Shown piece after piece: positions 23,785 through 36,110 of a DNA stretch of 64,000 nucleotides. Origin of the DNA: Camelus ferus (Eukaryota); contig NC_045697.1 in the NCBI RefSeq assembly GCF_009834535.1, positions 70,372,001 through 70,436,000 on the forward strand, in the 5' to 3' direction. A program made the position numbers and the translations under genes. The stretch's first letter is position 1. The number at the start of each line of letters is the position of its first letter. The notes beneath the pieces were generated by a model. It was not told the origin of the DNA. It saw only the letters and a list, made by a program, of their open reading frames with translations, and searched no databases.

Positions 23785-24000
23785 TTAATAATATATTTTC
23801 ATAGCATTTTAAAGTTTTTCAAAGATTTTTCTTATTATTTAATTACTGTCACAACATCTTTACAGATGCAAAGAAGACTAAGAGGAGATTTAAGGCTTCC
23901 CTTCAGGATAAGCAGGGATTTCAGGAGACTCCTATTCGAAGGTCACACAGTTTGTAAGTGGTGGGTAGTTAATCTTCCGGTTCATAGTCCAGCACTTGTT
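23785..24000 (-). mobile_element. MIR fragments
   Basis: 'tttacagatgcaaagaagactaagaggagatttaag' and 'aaggtcacacagtttgtaagtgg'. Confidence 0.55.
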
Positions 24001-24789
24001 TAAATGCAATAGTTATGAAAATAAATCCATTTCTTAGTTCCATGGAGCAAATATTACTGTTAGTTGGGTCTGTACATTACCAAAATACTTATCAATTCAG
24101 AAAAAATACATAAATCTAATAGGATACTTGGCACCAGGCAGAAAAACACATGGGATTTTTCAGTTTTCAAATAGTTATCTTGATGTTCAGTAGATATGAC
24201 CACAGAAACACGAACAAATAAAATGTCAGTCGTCTTGGTGACCTTTCCTTTGATGCTAAGCTTCACGTAATAGGCACCTTCAGGTTTCACTTTTAGATCA
24301 TGGCTTCCCGTGGAGTTGTGGGAGAGATACCAAGATTTGCACTGAAACATTCACTGAAGGTGATTAACTCCAATCTGTCTACTCAGGGGCAGAGTTGGAG
24401 TGACAGACACTTCTGTTAGCTCTGCCACCTAAATGGAATTTGGGAAAAAGTGATCATCTCAATAGTGTTTCCTCCAGAGCCCAACAACTGCTAAGTGGGT
24501 CAGACCAGTCATCCAGCCAGCAGCGTATTCTGTCTCTCAAAAGTGGGGCCTTGGCCCTCTGTGATGTAGTTTATTAAGATTGGGGCACACACTATCATCC
24601 TTAACCTGTTCTTTAAATTTTTTTAATAATAAAATTAATACATGTTGGTTTGTAGAACTAAACTCTGTAGAAGTGTGTGGAGAGAAAAGAGGTCTCCTGT
24701 CCTCTATCTCCCCATCCCCTACTCTTCTACTGCCCAGAGTTCTGTTCTCCAAAAGTAACATATATATATATGTTCAATAATATATATAT

Positions 24790-24897
24790 ATATATTCAAC
24801 AGGTATTTACTGAATGCCTTCCAATTACCAGGCACTATTCTTGGTCTTAGAATTACGGCAATGAACAATACTGACCAAAAAAAAAAAAAAACATTTA
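24790..24897 (-). mobile_element. L2 3' end preceded by an (AT)n tract (24759-24795)
   Basis: 'attcaacaggtatttactgaatgcc...ccaggcactattcttgg...gcaatgaacaa'. Confidence 0.75.
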
Positions 24898-24902
24898 GTT
24901 TA

Positions 24903-25270
24903 TATCTTAGTCTGTTCAGACTGCTGTGACAAATTACTGCAGACTGGGTGACTGAAATGACAGACATTTATTTCTCATAGTCCTGGAGGCTGGGAAGTCC
25001 AAGATCAAGGCACCAGCAGATTCAGTGTCTGGTGAGGGCCTGCTTCCTGGTTTGCAGTTGACCGTCTTCTCATTGTATCCCCACCAAGTAGAGAGCAGAG
25101 AGGGAGCCAGCTCTAGTTTCCTTTCTTATAAGGACACTAATCTCCTTCATGAGGGCTCCAGCCTCATGACCCAATCAGCCTCCAAAGGTCCCACCTCCTA
25201 ATACCATCATATGGGGGTTAAGATTTCACCATATAAGTTTTGAGGGGATACAAACGTTTACTCCATAGCA
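24903..25270 (-). mobile_element. MaLR solo LTR (MLT1A/MST-like)
   Basis: 'tcttagtctgttcagactgctg...ctggaggctgggaagtccaagatcaagg...cccacctcctaataccatca...ccatagca'. Perfect 5-bp TSD gttta (24898-24902 and 25271-25275). Confidence 0.92.
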
Positions 25271-25304
25271 GTTTACATTTAGCCCATGGTAATATATAGA
25301 CAGA

Positions 25305-25865
25305 CATGTTAAGGTAGGTCAACACTTGTAGCACAGAGACCCCCAGTATCTAATAGCTCCAGACTATAGAAATTTATTTCTTACATGTGTAACATGATTG
25401 GGCTATGAACAGTCACTCAGGCACTCAGGAAGATAGAGCTCTACCACCTTTAAGAGATGTATTCCATCTGCAGAACAGTGGTCTTTATCCTGGTCAGCTG
25501 GATGCAGTGATGGAGGAGAGCATGGGAGAGGGTTTTTACGGGCTTAGCCTGGGAGGAGAGCACCACACCTCCATTCACATTTCATTGGCTAGAACTCTAT
25601 GACCTCACCACATCATTTACTTCCTGTGTGACCTTGGGAAACTTACTTAACATTTCTGAGCCTCAGGTTCCTTATGTATAAAATGCAGACAAGAAGAGTA
25701 TTTATCCTTGCGCTGTTGTGTTAACTAAACTGTATAATACGTTTAAAGTCTTTTGAACTGCTTCTGTTGCAGAGTTCAGTACCATTGGCTGGAGAATGTA
25801 GTTTTCTTGTGTGCCAGGAAGAAGGAGGGAATAAGCATTTTAGTGAGAAGTTAGCTGTTTCTGCT
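25305..25865 (-). mobile_element. Old MLT1 LTR fragments flanking a + strand MIR (about 25610-25780)
   Basis: 'gaaatttatttcttacatg...cacatttcattggctagaact' and 'ggctggagaatgtagttttcttgtgtgccaggaagaagg'; MIR core 'tgtgtgaccttgggaaacttacttaacatttctgagcctcagg'. Confidence 0.65.
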
Positions 25866-26342
25866 CAATAGGTCTAACTTTTTTTTCTTCACACAAACAG
25901 GATTAAATTTTAACTAGTCTTCTGAAACATTTTTAAAATTTAATATGTCCTCAATATTTTTCCATGTTAGAACTATAAATCTACCTACCATTTTAACAGC
26001 TATCCAGTATTTGCCTTCATTCTCCATGGACAGATCATAATATGTTTAACTGGTGACTATTCTTGTTCACCAGTCATGATGCACATCCATGCTGTATGCT
26101 GTAAATTCTTGGCAGTGAGATTCCTAACTTGTGCTGTCACATTCTATGGATGTGGAAACATCTGGCTACCAAACAGAAAAATTACTCTAGTCTTTTGTGG
26201 GGTCTTCCTATGGTTTTGAATGACAAGTCCAATCTTATCCTTATTACATTGTCTGTTATAAGCCAAAATGGGGGAAATATTAAAACTGTTTTATAAAGCT
26301 TTTTTGGTGGGGGGAGTAGTGCAATTTATAAGGGAATACTAC

Positions 26343-26545
26343 GAATAATAGCTAGCATTCATTGTGTCTGTTTTATTTCCAATTCTTATAACAATCTTCT
26401 GAAAAACAACATTATGTCCATTTAACAGATGACAAAACTAAGGATCAGAGAATTTAAATAGTCTCCTGTCAGTTTTATGGGAGAAGTTTATGGGAGAGCT
26501 GCTACATGAACTTAGTTGAGCCTAAATTCCAAAATCCCTCTTCTA
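26343..26545 (-). mobile_element. MIR SINE
   Basis: 'aataatagctagcattcattg...ccatttaacagatgacaaaactaaggatcagagaatttaaat'. Confidence 0.7.
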
Positions 26546-26829
26546 TGTGAGTCAGTCTCCAAAAAAGGAAAATGACGGCTCCGTTCAACTCATTCTGACA
26601 GTAAATGGGATCAGAGCTTGAACTGACAGTCTGGGTTTGAGCTGCAGCCTCATCCCACCCTGGACTGGATGGCCCCTCCTGGTCCCTCAGCCCTCAGTCC
26701 ATCTTACCTTCTCCCCAGCTGGCCCAGGAGTGCTGCTCTGTGCTAGCCAGCATCCAGCCTTCTGGCACTTAATCCCACTGTCGAGTCTTTCCCGCTTTCC
26801 TCAGATGGTCTCTTTCTTTGTCTCATTCA

Positions 26830-27000
26830 CCAGAGGTGGGTTTCACTATGTGTGGCCTGCAGATCCTGTCTGGGGATCATCTGGGATGCTGGTTTAAAAT
26901 ACGCTTTCTTGGCTTTGGGGACTGGACCCAGTAATCTGCATTTTAACCAGGCTCCCTAGGTATTTTTATGCACAGTAAGATTTCAAGGATCACTTCCGTA
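26830..27000. mobile_element. MER5A-type MITE
   Basis: 'ggacccagtaatctgcattttaaccaggctccctaggtattt...gatttcaaggatcact'. Confidence 0.75.
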
Positions 27001-27249
27001 GCCTTTAGCAGGGAAGGACTGCCTTGCTCGTTGCTGTTGCTAGGGGGCCTGATATTCATTAAGCACTCTAATGATTTCTTAAGGAAACTAATGAACCAGG
27101 CTGTAGTTCCTAAACACAACCAGGTCCATAGCGTTCATCTCTGTGTCTTTGGCTCCTAGAACACTGTTTGAGAACACTGTAGGAGCTCAATCAATGTTAT
27201 AAATGAAGTTTTAAACAAATGACTAAATGGCAAGGAATTGAAAGAGATA

Positions 27250-27490
27250 GATTCTAGTTATAATTTGTTATGTGCTGATTTTATGACTTTGGGCCATTCG
27301 TAAAACCTCTCTGAACCTGAATTTCCACACTAAAGAAATGGGATAATAATATTCATCCATGTATCTTATAGCTCATTGTGGATACCAAATCCATAAGTAA
27401 AATTCTATGTATAAAAAACTTAACATGCTATCTGGCATAGAGCAACTGCTGAATAAAATGGTGCCCACTGTAATGATAATAATAATAACC
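27250..27490 (+). mobile_element. MIR SINE
   Basis: 'tgactttgggcc...aacctctctgaacctgaatttcc...aaatgggataataat...tctggcatagag'. Confidence 0.7.
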
Positions 27491-28489
27491 ACGCTTGTAA
27501 AAATGTTCTATAAAACACCACACGGGTGTCAAGCACTACGGTTATTCTCATTACGTACTTAATCAAGCAGGCTGTATAGTCAGTTGAACTTTGCTTTGCC
27601 CATAAAATAGGAACAGTGGTAGGCGGTGTCTGACGTGTAGAAGGGTCCAGAGGAAGACTGGAGGTGAGTCGCAGCCTCCAACTACTTTCCTCCTGTGTGG
27701 TCCAGTGCAGAAGGCCGTGCACCAGGACAACACCTGGCCCGACCGACAGGTTCACGGGGCGCTGGCATCCCTTGTTGAGGGGAGCATCTGCCTTCTCAGA
27801 TGCTGCTGCTCAGGTCTGGAAGGGAAGGAGCTGATGAGAGCCCACAAGATCTGACAAGTAATCTCCATCAGCTTCTTGCCCTAAGTGAAAATAAAACACA
27901 AACGTTACATGTGAAGAAGTCAATTTCAGGCCTTGCCTTTAGATATTTTTCCGGTTTAGAGGTTTTATCATCCTTCCGCTGACAAATCATATTTTGATCC
28001 ATTTCAAAGGGCTTTTCCATTAAAGTAACAATAACCAAGGCTTAAGGGAAGCCTCCTGTCTGCCACACATTTGCAAGGCTGCTGAGTGGGTCTGCATGGA
28101 AGATGGCAGGTCTAATGGATTTTATTTCTTTAAGTAAGCTGCATGTTTTGAGGCTAGTATTTAGAGGTTTGGGAAGATGACAAAATTGTCTGAAGGAAGG
28201 AGACGGCAATGGATATATTTCAGTTATAAGTGGAGTCCTATAGTTGAGCAGATGCTTCCCAATCAAAATTAGTGGGGAAAAATGATCATCTGCAGGATAA
28301 AAATCAATCCCCAGAAAAGTTAAGCCAACTCTTATAATCTGCAACATAACTATTAAAGAAGCAAATATTAATTCATTTAAGTACTAACTATATTTCAGGG
28401 CATTCACTTGCATGCACAGTTTTCTGGGAAAATTTACCCTGACTAAACTGCAGTTTATGGTCATGTTCTATGGCATAGGCTACTGTCCC

Positions 28490-28958
28490 AAAGGTCAAGT
28501 CTAATGGGAGGAGGAATGGGCACTTTGTCCTGGAAAGACCTTCGTGTAGGCTGACCAGGGACCTACTACAGGTGTGGCCTGGCTCAAGAAGATGAGCTAG
28601 CCAGTCGATTCTTAATCTTGGGAACACGAGTGAATAGAAGGAAGCTGGTGTTCAGCAAAGCAGGTAAATCTGTGCATGGCGTGGTCACCCTGGCCATAAT
28701 AAACTGCATGCAAAGCCTGACTACTAGAAGAAGGACCTGAAGCAGGTGTGCAGGGAGGTCACAGTGGTCTCCCCAGAATAGAGGAGCCTCGACTCCTTAT
28801 GATTTCCCAGTCCTAGATCCCAGGAGGCTTGGCTGTTCTTTGCGTTTGTTCTTAGTCTGCTCCAAGATTCCTCTCTGCATAAAATCTCCCCTCCTGAACA
28901 GGAGCTTGCTTGGGTAATCCTTTCTTCCTTCCAACCAGCAGAAGTCTAATTAGAGCAG
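28490..28958 (+). mobile_element. Degenerate ERVL/MaLR-class LTR (tentative)
   Basis: 3' end 'cataaaatctcccc...gagcttgcttgggt...ccttccaaccagcagaagtctaattaga' resembles LTR16/LTR33-type termini. Confidence 0.4.
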
Positions 28959-28979
28959 CCAGAAAGCTTAGTTTCAGTT

Positions 28980-29225
28980 GCATTACAGTGTAAGGGTTAA
29001 GAACACAGGCTCTGGAACCAGATGACCTGTGTTCATAATCCCAGCTCTATCACAAGTTGGCGGAGTGAACCTGGGCGAGTTACATAACATTTCTAAGCCT
29101 CATTTTCCCATCTATGAAACAAAGCTATCTCATAGGGCTGTCCTGAGGACTGAATGAATTTATGATCAGGAACACTTAGAATACTGCCCAGAGTACAGTA
29201 AACACTATGGAAGTATTAGTAAGAA
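28980..29225 (+). mobile_element. MIR SINE, near full length
   Basis: 'ggttaagaacacaggctctggaaccaga...cctgggcgagttacataacatttctaagcctcattttcccatctatgaaa...cacttagaatactgcc'. Confidence 0.9.
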
Positions 29226-29334
29226 TTAAGCAGACACACGAAGAAAAAAAATCAGAAATAGAGACTTAGGGAGGAAGGGAGAGGAAAAACATGCTTGTAT
29301 TAAGACTGCGTTGACCTACATTTAGCTAAATCCA

Positions 29335-30540
29335 AGGCAGCATCTCTTTCTTCATCTCCCTTCATCTTTTACAGCTGCCACATACACCACCCCCACTTCC
29401 TCCTACTTCCCTGACTACTCTCTCTCAGTTTTCTTTGCTGACCCCTCTTCCTTTCTGACTTCTGACATCAGACTTCCTCAGTTCTGGAGTCTCTTTCCTC
29501 TCTGAATTGTTCCCCTAGGTGATCTTACACATTTCTTTAGATACCATCTATATTCTAAAGATTCTCAAATTTGTTTTCCAGACTAGCCCTCTGCCATCAT
29601 CCAGACTTCTTTCCTGTTATGTTCACCTGGTTGTCGCTAATTCCAAATCATTGCTCTCAGTCCTTCTGCCTCCAACTGCTCCTCTCCTTCTCTTCCCCAT
29701 CTCACAAAATGGCACCACTCACCACTCAGCCATTTCAGCACCAAACCTCAGAGTCATTATCAAGTCTCCCTTTCCCTAACCACTCCTGTTCAACCCATTA
29801 CCAAGTCCTGTTGGTCCTTCCTCCAAAATATAACACAAGTCTGATCACTTCTTTCAATCCCCACTAACATACTATCATCATACCTCATCCAGACTACCAC
29901 TAAAGCCTAATTGGGCTCCCTACCTCTATTCTTGTTCTGCTAAGGTACATTCCCACCCTACAGCAAAAATTATCTTCATCTGTCTGAAGCCATGCCACTC
30001 TCCCACTTAAACATCTTAGTGGCTTCCCACTGTACCTAGACTAAAACCCAAGCTTTTCACTCCGTTTTATCAGTCCTTGCATGGTCTGGGTCTCACCTAC
30101 CTCCCTAGCCTCGTCTCATCCCTTCTCCCCCTTGCTCTCTGGCCTTTCCATGCTTGGGACGAGCTGGGCTCTTGCCTTCCTCCGGTCATTTGCATTTTAT
30201 TCCCTCTACTGGAATGAAAAGGCTTCTCCCAAGCTCTCGCACCTTTGACTCATTCTCGTCCCGTCCTTCCCATCTCAGCACTAACCTCTCCTTCTCAGAG
30301 CTGCCTTCTCTGAACATTCAATCTACCAGGTCACTCCCCAGGTATTTTCTACTTCATCACTCAGGGTATTTCTTTCACAGCCTAAATCGCAATGGCTTGA
30401 ATTTTATTTCTTCACATTGTCTGCCTTTCTCACAGAATGTAAGCTTCACGAGGACAGAGACCTTGACAGGCTGCTGCAGTTTCTCAGTGCCTGTCACAGT
30501 GGTCAATAAATATTGGTTTAACAAATGAGTGAATGAATGA
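29335..30540 (+). mobile_element. L2 LINE, about 1.2 kb 3' portion
   Basis: Pyrimidine-rich L2 body ('cccatctcacaaaatggcaccactc', 'ccactctcccacttaaacatcttagtggcttcccactg') ending 'tcaataaatattggtttaacaaatgagtgaatgaatga'. Confidence 0.9.
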
Positions 30541-31421
30541 CTGGAACCCTGAGACGTTCCCTCATTTCAGTTCCTGCTGAGGCCAGGCCAAAGTCCTGAT
30601 CTTGGTTGCTGTGGATAATTTTGCCCTTGGATTAAACCTCTCCCTTTGGCCAGAGCAAGTATGAATGGGATTTTGTAAAAAACAAACAAACATGTTTTGA
30701 CAACTATGCTCTTTTTGTCCACTAACTTATGTATAATCATGAGTGAAACACACGATAAATATACAAATATTTGTCCAAATAAACATTGCTGCACATCCAA
30801 AGAAATGGCACTACAGAATGGAACCACTGGAGGCAGGCAGCTTCCCCGGGCGAAAGCTTAAAATTGCTCATTGACTGTTATACAACAGTCTGAATTTGGC
30901 ACACGAAAGGTGACTTGGGTGCTGTTGTTCAAAAGTTTCATTTGTTTAAAAGTTTGATATATGAAGTTAAGCATCCCCAAGCCTTTGTGTATCAAGTTAA
31001 CCTGACACAGAGCTGTTCAATTGGTGCCAACTTTACCCTTAATTTTCCTCTAAACAGCAATGACTTGTCTAGAAAACTTCTCACATCCATATACATGCAG
31101 AAAAACTGTCTAATTTTCTGCAAAACTAGACTGAAAAACTTCAACTGTTATTGTTAAAGCATTATTTTTTCTTTTGCTTATGAATTCACATTTTCATATA
31201 TATATGTATGTATATATATAAAGCATATGAAGTAATTTTGTTCTTTAACAATCTTTTCTTATTTATTTACTATCTTGACTTTCGGCTGGATAGCTGCTAT
31301 TTTCCCTATTTTACAAATAGGGCTCAAGAAATTAAATGCTTCTCCAGAGTTTATAGTTCATGAGGGGTGTATACTTGTCTGAGTGACTCCAACTGTTTTA
31401 TTTTTAAAAAAATAATTAAAA

Positions 31422-32371
31422 ATTCACTAATCATCAGGAAAATACAAATCAAAATCACAATGAGATATCTCACACCTGTTAGGAAAGGCTTATTGTCAAA
31501 AAGACAAGAAATAGTAAATGTTGACAAGGATGTGGAGAAAGGGGAACTCTTGTGTTGTTGAATGTAAACCTTGTGTTGGTGGGAATGCAAATTGGTGCAG
31601 CCACTATGGAAAACAGTATGGAGGTTTCTCAAAAAATTTAAAACAGAACTACCATATGATCTAGCAATTCCACTGGGTATTTTATCTGAAAAAAAACCCA
31701 ACTAATTTGAAAAGTTAGTATATGCACCCCATGTCCATTACAGCAATATTTGCAATAGCCAAGACATGGAGATAACATAAATATTCATTGATAGATGAAT
31801 GGATAAAGAAATTGTGGTTAATTCATGCAATAGAGTATTATTCGGTCATAAAAGGTCCTATTTGTGACAACATGGATGGACCTTAAGGACATTATGCCAA
31901 GTGAAACAAGTCAGACAAAAAAGACAAATACCATACCATATGATCTTACTTATATGTGGCATCTAAAAAAAAACCCCACAACCAAAAAAAAAAAAAAACC
32001 AAACAAAAATAATTAAGCTCATAAATAGAGAATAGATTGATGGTGATCTGAGACCAGGGGCGGGGAAAGTTGCATGAAATGGGTGAAGAGGATCAAAAGG
32101 TACAAACTTCCAGTTATAAAATGAATAAGTCATAAAATGTAATGTACAGCATGGTGACTATAGTTAATAATACTGTTTTGCATATTTGGAAGTAGCTGGG
32201 TGAGTGCATCTTGTAAGTTCTCATTATGAGAAAAAAATTTGTAAATATTCATGGTGCTGAATGTTAACTGGATTTATTGTGGTGATCATTTGGCAATATA
32301 TACAAACATCGAATTACTATGCTGTGCACCTGACACTAGTAAAATGCTATGTGAACTGTACCTCAATAAAA
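31422..32371 (+). mobile_element. 5'-truncated L1 (L1MA9/L1MB-like), ORF2 C-terminus plus 3'UTR
   Basis: Translation SLIIRKIQIKITMRYLTPVR...VDKDVEKGEL is L1 ORF2p. 'gcagccactatggaaaacagtatggagg'. Ends 'gaactgtacctcaataaaa'. Confidence 0.93.
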
Positions 32372-32454
32372 GGTTATCCATGCAGAATTTGCAAAGATTT
32401 GGAAGAACTGGGTTCTTTACCCTTAACCCAACATCCTCCTAAAGAATGAGTGGA

Positions 32455-32603
32455 GTGAGGAGGGTACAGCTCAAGTTGTAGAGCACATGCTTAGCATGCA
32501 TGAGGTCCCAGGTTCAATCCCCAGTACTTCCTCTAAAAATAAACAAATAAATTAAAGTATTTCCCCCCTCCAAAAATATAAAAAAAGAAAAAGAAAAAAG
32601 AAA
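32455..32603 (+). mobile_element. tRNA-derived SINE (Vic-1-like) with A-rich tail
   Basis: 'gagggtacagctcaagttgtagagcacatgcttagcatgcatgaggtcccaggttcaatccccagtacttcc', then a C-run and an A-rich tail. Confidence 0.9.
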
Positions 32604-34129
32604 TAATACCAGTGTATGTTATCGACACATAGAAATTACATAGAGATGGCAGGTCGTGGCCATATTGCCAATATAGTTCTACAGTTATTTTTACAGATGA
32701 AACATTCAGTAACTAAAACAGACAGGATTGGTGTCTAAAACATAGGCGATATTGTCAAACAGCTATCTTCCCCAAAACATAAACTCGACCAACTTTGGTG
32801 TCAGATCTTGGCATGTACTCTTTTTGCTCTTTAAGGCAGGATCTGATTTTTAACTTTTTCATATTTCTTTCCATGCCCACGGTTTTTTTAATTCTGATTT
32901 TGGCTATTCCTTTTAGGTATTTCAATTATCAGTGAAGAAATATCTCAAATAGGAACTTACTTTAGTGAAATACTTAGTTTTATTAGCTTGAAGATGATTC
33001 AACTGCTTATAGCCAATGCCTGCCTGTTCCACATGCTTCTTTCCTCATTTCTCACCTGATACAGTTGGCCATCGAGGTTCTAAGTGTAGGAACCCTGAAA
33101 GATTGTCACATATCCCCTTATAAGAAAAGGCTTACTCAGCATTTTAAGAATCCTGTTTTAAGATTCTATCCATTTGCTTACTGTGGTTTGCTGCTAATAA
33201 AAGTGCTTTAAAAATAATGAAGATAAAATTCACTAGACTTTAATTGCATTTAGTCTCTCTTCTACCTTCCCTAAATCTTTCTTGTTAAAATAAACTATTG
33301 CTATTTTATTTGTTATAGGTTGCATTTTTAGAGAAAGTTCTGGCATGATCTTTATTTAGTACAACTTCCATCAATTTTACATTTAAAACAGCAAAAGGAA
33401 TTTTATCACAAACAATACCCAGTGAATAAGGAGTTACAAAAATTCTCAGGTAATTTTTTTCTAGATTCTTTATTTCCTTTTCACTTCACGTCAATGAGTT
33501 ACTCTTGCTTTCAAGTTACTTCCCTAATAACAGAAAAGTCTGTCGACTATACTTTTCCAGATGTTCAAAATACAACTATGAAAAGCTTTTGAGAGCCCTT
33601 TCTCTCAGGCTGAGCCAATATGAAATAGATTTTAGTCACCTGAGAGCCGCTTGGCCTCCCCAACTCCTTTTGATGTCTCTCCTCTCATCCTTCAGTGACA
33701 TCTTGGCAGTCACAGCTCTTCCAGGCCACCCAGCTATTTTATTACCTTTGTGCAGAAAATGTTACTCAGATGAAAAATATATTAATATCCTTATCTCTAA
33801 TCTCTAAGAAGGAATCTATAATAAAATAGTAACCACATTTCCATACATATCACCTTCCCCTCAGATAGTCCATCACTAGAAAACACTGGCAGATAGGAAT
33901 AATGTGTATAGATTCATGACCTAGGAAACTTCCAGAACTCCTGCTGGGGCAAAGATAGTTTTCTCCACAGTGTTGGGTGACAGTAGCTTTTTTTTTTTTT
34001 TTTTGAATAAGACTCATCCATCTTTCCTTTTACTTTTGGCATGCAATATCTTTAAGACCTTTTCTTCTACAATCAGAAAATATTAGAGACGTGTTTCAGG
34101 TGCCTGCCATTGCAATAGTTTATTGGACT

Positions 34130-34615
34130 AGAAATGGGTAAATGACCCAAAGGCCATTAAGGCACGAACTGGTCAGCATCCTGGGAGGTCTGTAACAAAG
34201 AAACCTGGCCAGGCAGAGTCTCTGGTGAGACTTGCGCTAAGAAACTTGGTGACAATGGAAACCAGCTACAGGATTTGAGCTGAAAAGTCACACTGAGTAG
34301 GGGTTAGGGCGATTCTTTTGAGGCTATGTGCAAGGTGGGTAAACAAAGGAAGCAGAGACAGAATGGTGCAGACTCACAGAAAGAGGCAGAAGAGAGAAAC
34401 CATAAGTCTTGAAGAGAGAAAACAAAGGACAGAGAGAGTGAGTTTGGACCTTGAGTTTTTTGCTGTTCATATTTCAAGAAGCTCAGCTTTCTTTGGCTTC
34501 TTGATATTGAAGTCTGCGAAATCCCTTTGTCCTAAAAGTAAGCCTCTTTTTTTTCCATTTTACTTAAGTTAGAGTAGGTTTCTGTTCTTGAGTAGTGGGG
34601 TAGTATTTTGACACA
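34130..34615 (+). mobile_element. Degenerate ERVL-class LTR (tentative)
   Basis: 'gggtaaatgacccaaaggcc...ttttacttaagttagagtaggtttctgttcttg' resembles LTR16/LTR33-like elements. Confidence 0.4.
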
Positions 34616-35272
34616 GTCACTGAGGTGTTGGTTTTGCTCAAGGCTTCTGGTTCTCCTTCTTTCCCCTATTTGGGCAGCAGAGAGGGCTTCCCACATTCCA
34701 CAGCCAGGGGACAGGGTCAGAAATCTAAAGGAGGAAAGACATTCAAAGCTTAGCATTTGCACTTATCAGGTAGACTTTCACAAATGCGTGGCAGAGACAA
34801 TCACTCTGAGGGAAAAGACTTTTCAGGGATCAAAGACCAAAATTTCAGGCTGCCTGGACCACAGAGAGGGGAAGGAGGAAGGATGACCCTGAAGGACTAA
34901 GGTTTGCCAAAACCTTGATTTGACTAAGACATCAATGAATTTGTTTGAGTTTTATCCAGAAGTGAGTGAATTAAGTTTTTGGCCACCAGGGAAAATTGGG
35001 GACTGAGAAAGAAATAACTCCATCCATAGACCAAATTAAATTTAAAGGCAATTTAAAAGAAAGAGTTATATTTTTCTCTCTGAGTTTATAGCCTATGAAA
35101 ATTGGACCCAGAGTAACAAGCCATAAGAACACATAGCAATTCAGGAGGGAGGTTATACAAAGAAACAAAAATAATGTCTTTCCTCTTCCAACTATTACAC
35201 ATAACGTTCTGGGATGGGCACTCCCACATAAAACCCTATGGAGGGGGCAGTCTCCACCTATCAAAGAATAGA

Positions 35273-35490
35273 ATAATAGCTAACGTTTACTAAATACTTA
35301 TCACTACTGAACTCTGCAATAAGAATTCTACTCCAGCTATCTCATTTAATCTACACCTACCACAATTATCTCATTTAATCTATATCTACCACATGGCAGT
35401 AAGCTTATCATTATCTCCACTTTACAGATGAGGAAGCAGGTCTAAAGAGACCAATGCCTGTGGTTTCAAAGCCATCAAGCCACACTCTGC
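35273..35490 (-). mobile_element. MIR SINE with internal tandem duplication
   Basis: 'aataatagctaacgtttactaaatactta...tatctcatttaatc...ctccactttacagatgaggaagcagg'. Confidence 0.85.
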
Positions 35491-35604
35491 TATAATCACA
35501 TACTTGCCAGCTCCTCCAGGATGATAAACTCCTTGAGTGGCATCTGAGTAACAGTAGTGCTATTCAAGAACCAGCTTTCTTCACAGTCTCTGGGAAGCAT
35601 TTTA

Positions 35605-36110
35605 ATATCAGGGAAAGGTCATGGACTTCGGGATCAAACTTGGGTTTTAAGCCTGTATTAAACTAATTAAACATCTTTGCCATTAGACTGAGGTGTCTCT
35701 GATGCTGTGGTAGCAACTCAGAATTTAAGCCTGTAGATGCCCCAAGTTTATGAAACTGGAACCTAAGGACAACCAATCACAAACAGCCAACTAAGCTTTA
35801 AGGTATAACCAATCACGTACTTTCCTTTCTTTTCTTCCTGATAAGCTCTTGGCGGTGCAGCATTCCTAACCCCTTCCAGCTTGGGGCTGCCCTGTTAACA
35901 TCAGTGTGTGCTCAAATAAACTCTTAAAATTTTTAATATGCTTCAGTTTTCTTTTAATAGCTGGCTCCATTAAACATAAGCACGAGCAGGCGGAGAAGTT
36001 AAACCTCTTTGAGCCTCACTTTTCTCATCTATAAAGAGGAGCTATTATGCCTCACTTGCAAGTTGTCACAAAATTAAATAATGCAATGTATGTAGTGAGT
36101 GTATAGCATG
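35605..36110 (+). mobile_element. MIR SINE split by an ERV1 LTR
   Basis: Head 'ggaaaggtcatggacttcgggatcaaac..tgggttttaagcctg', resuming 'gctggctccatt...agttaaacctctttgagcctcacttttctcatctataa'. Confidence 0.8.
35656..35959 (+). mobile_element. Short ERV1-class solo LTR
   Basis: Inverted ends tattaaa...tttaata (decayed tgttaaa/tttaaca); two aaccaatcac CCAAT boxes (35771, 35807); 'gctcaaataaactcttaaaatttt' poly(A) region; 4-bp TSD cctg/gctg. Confidence 0.8.
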
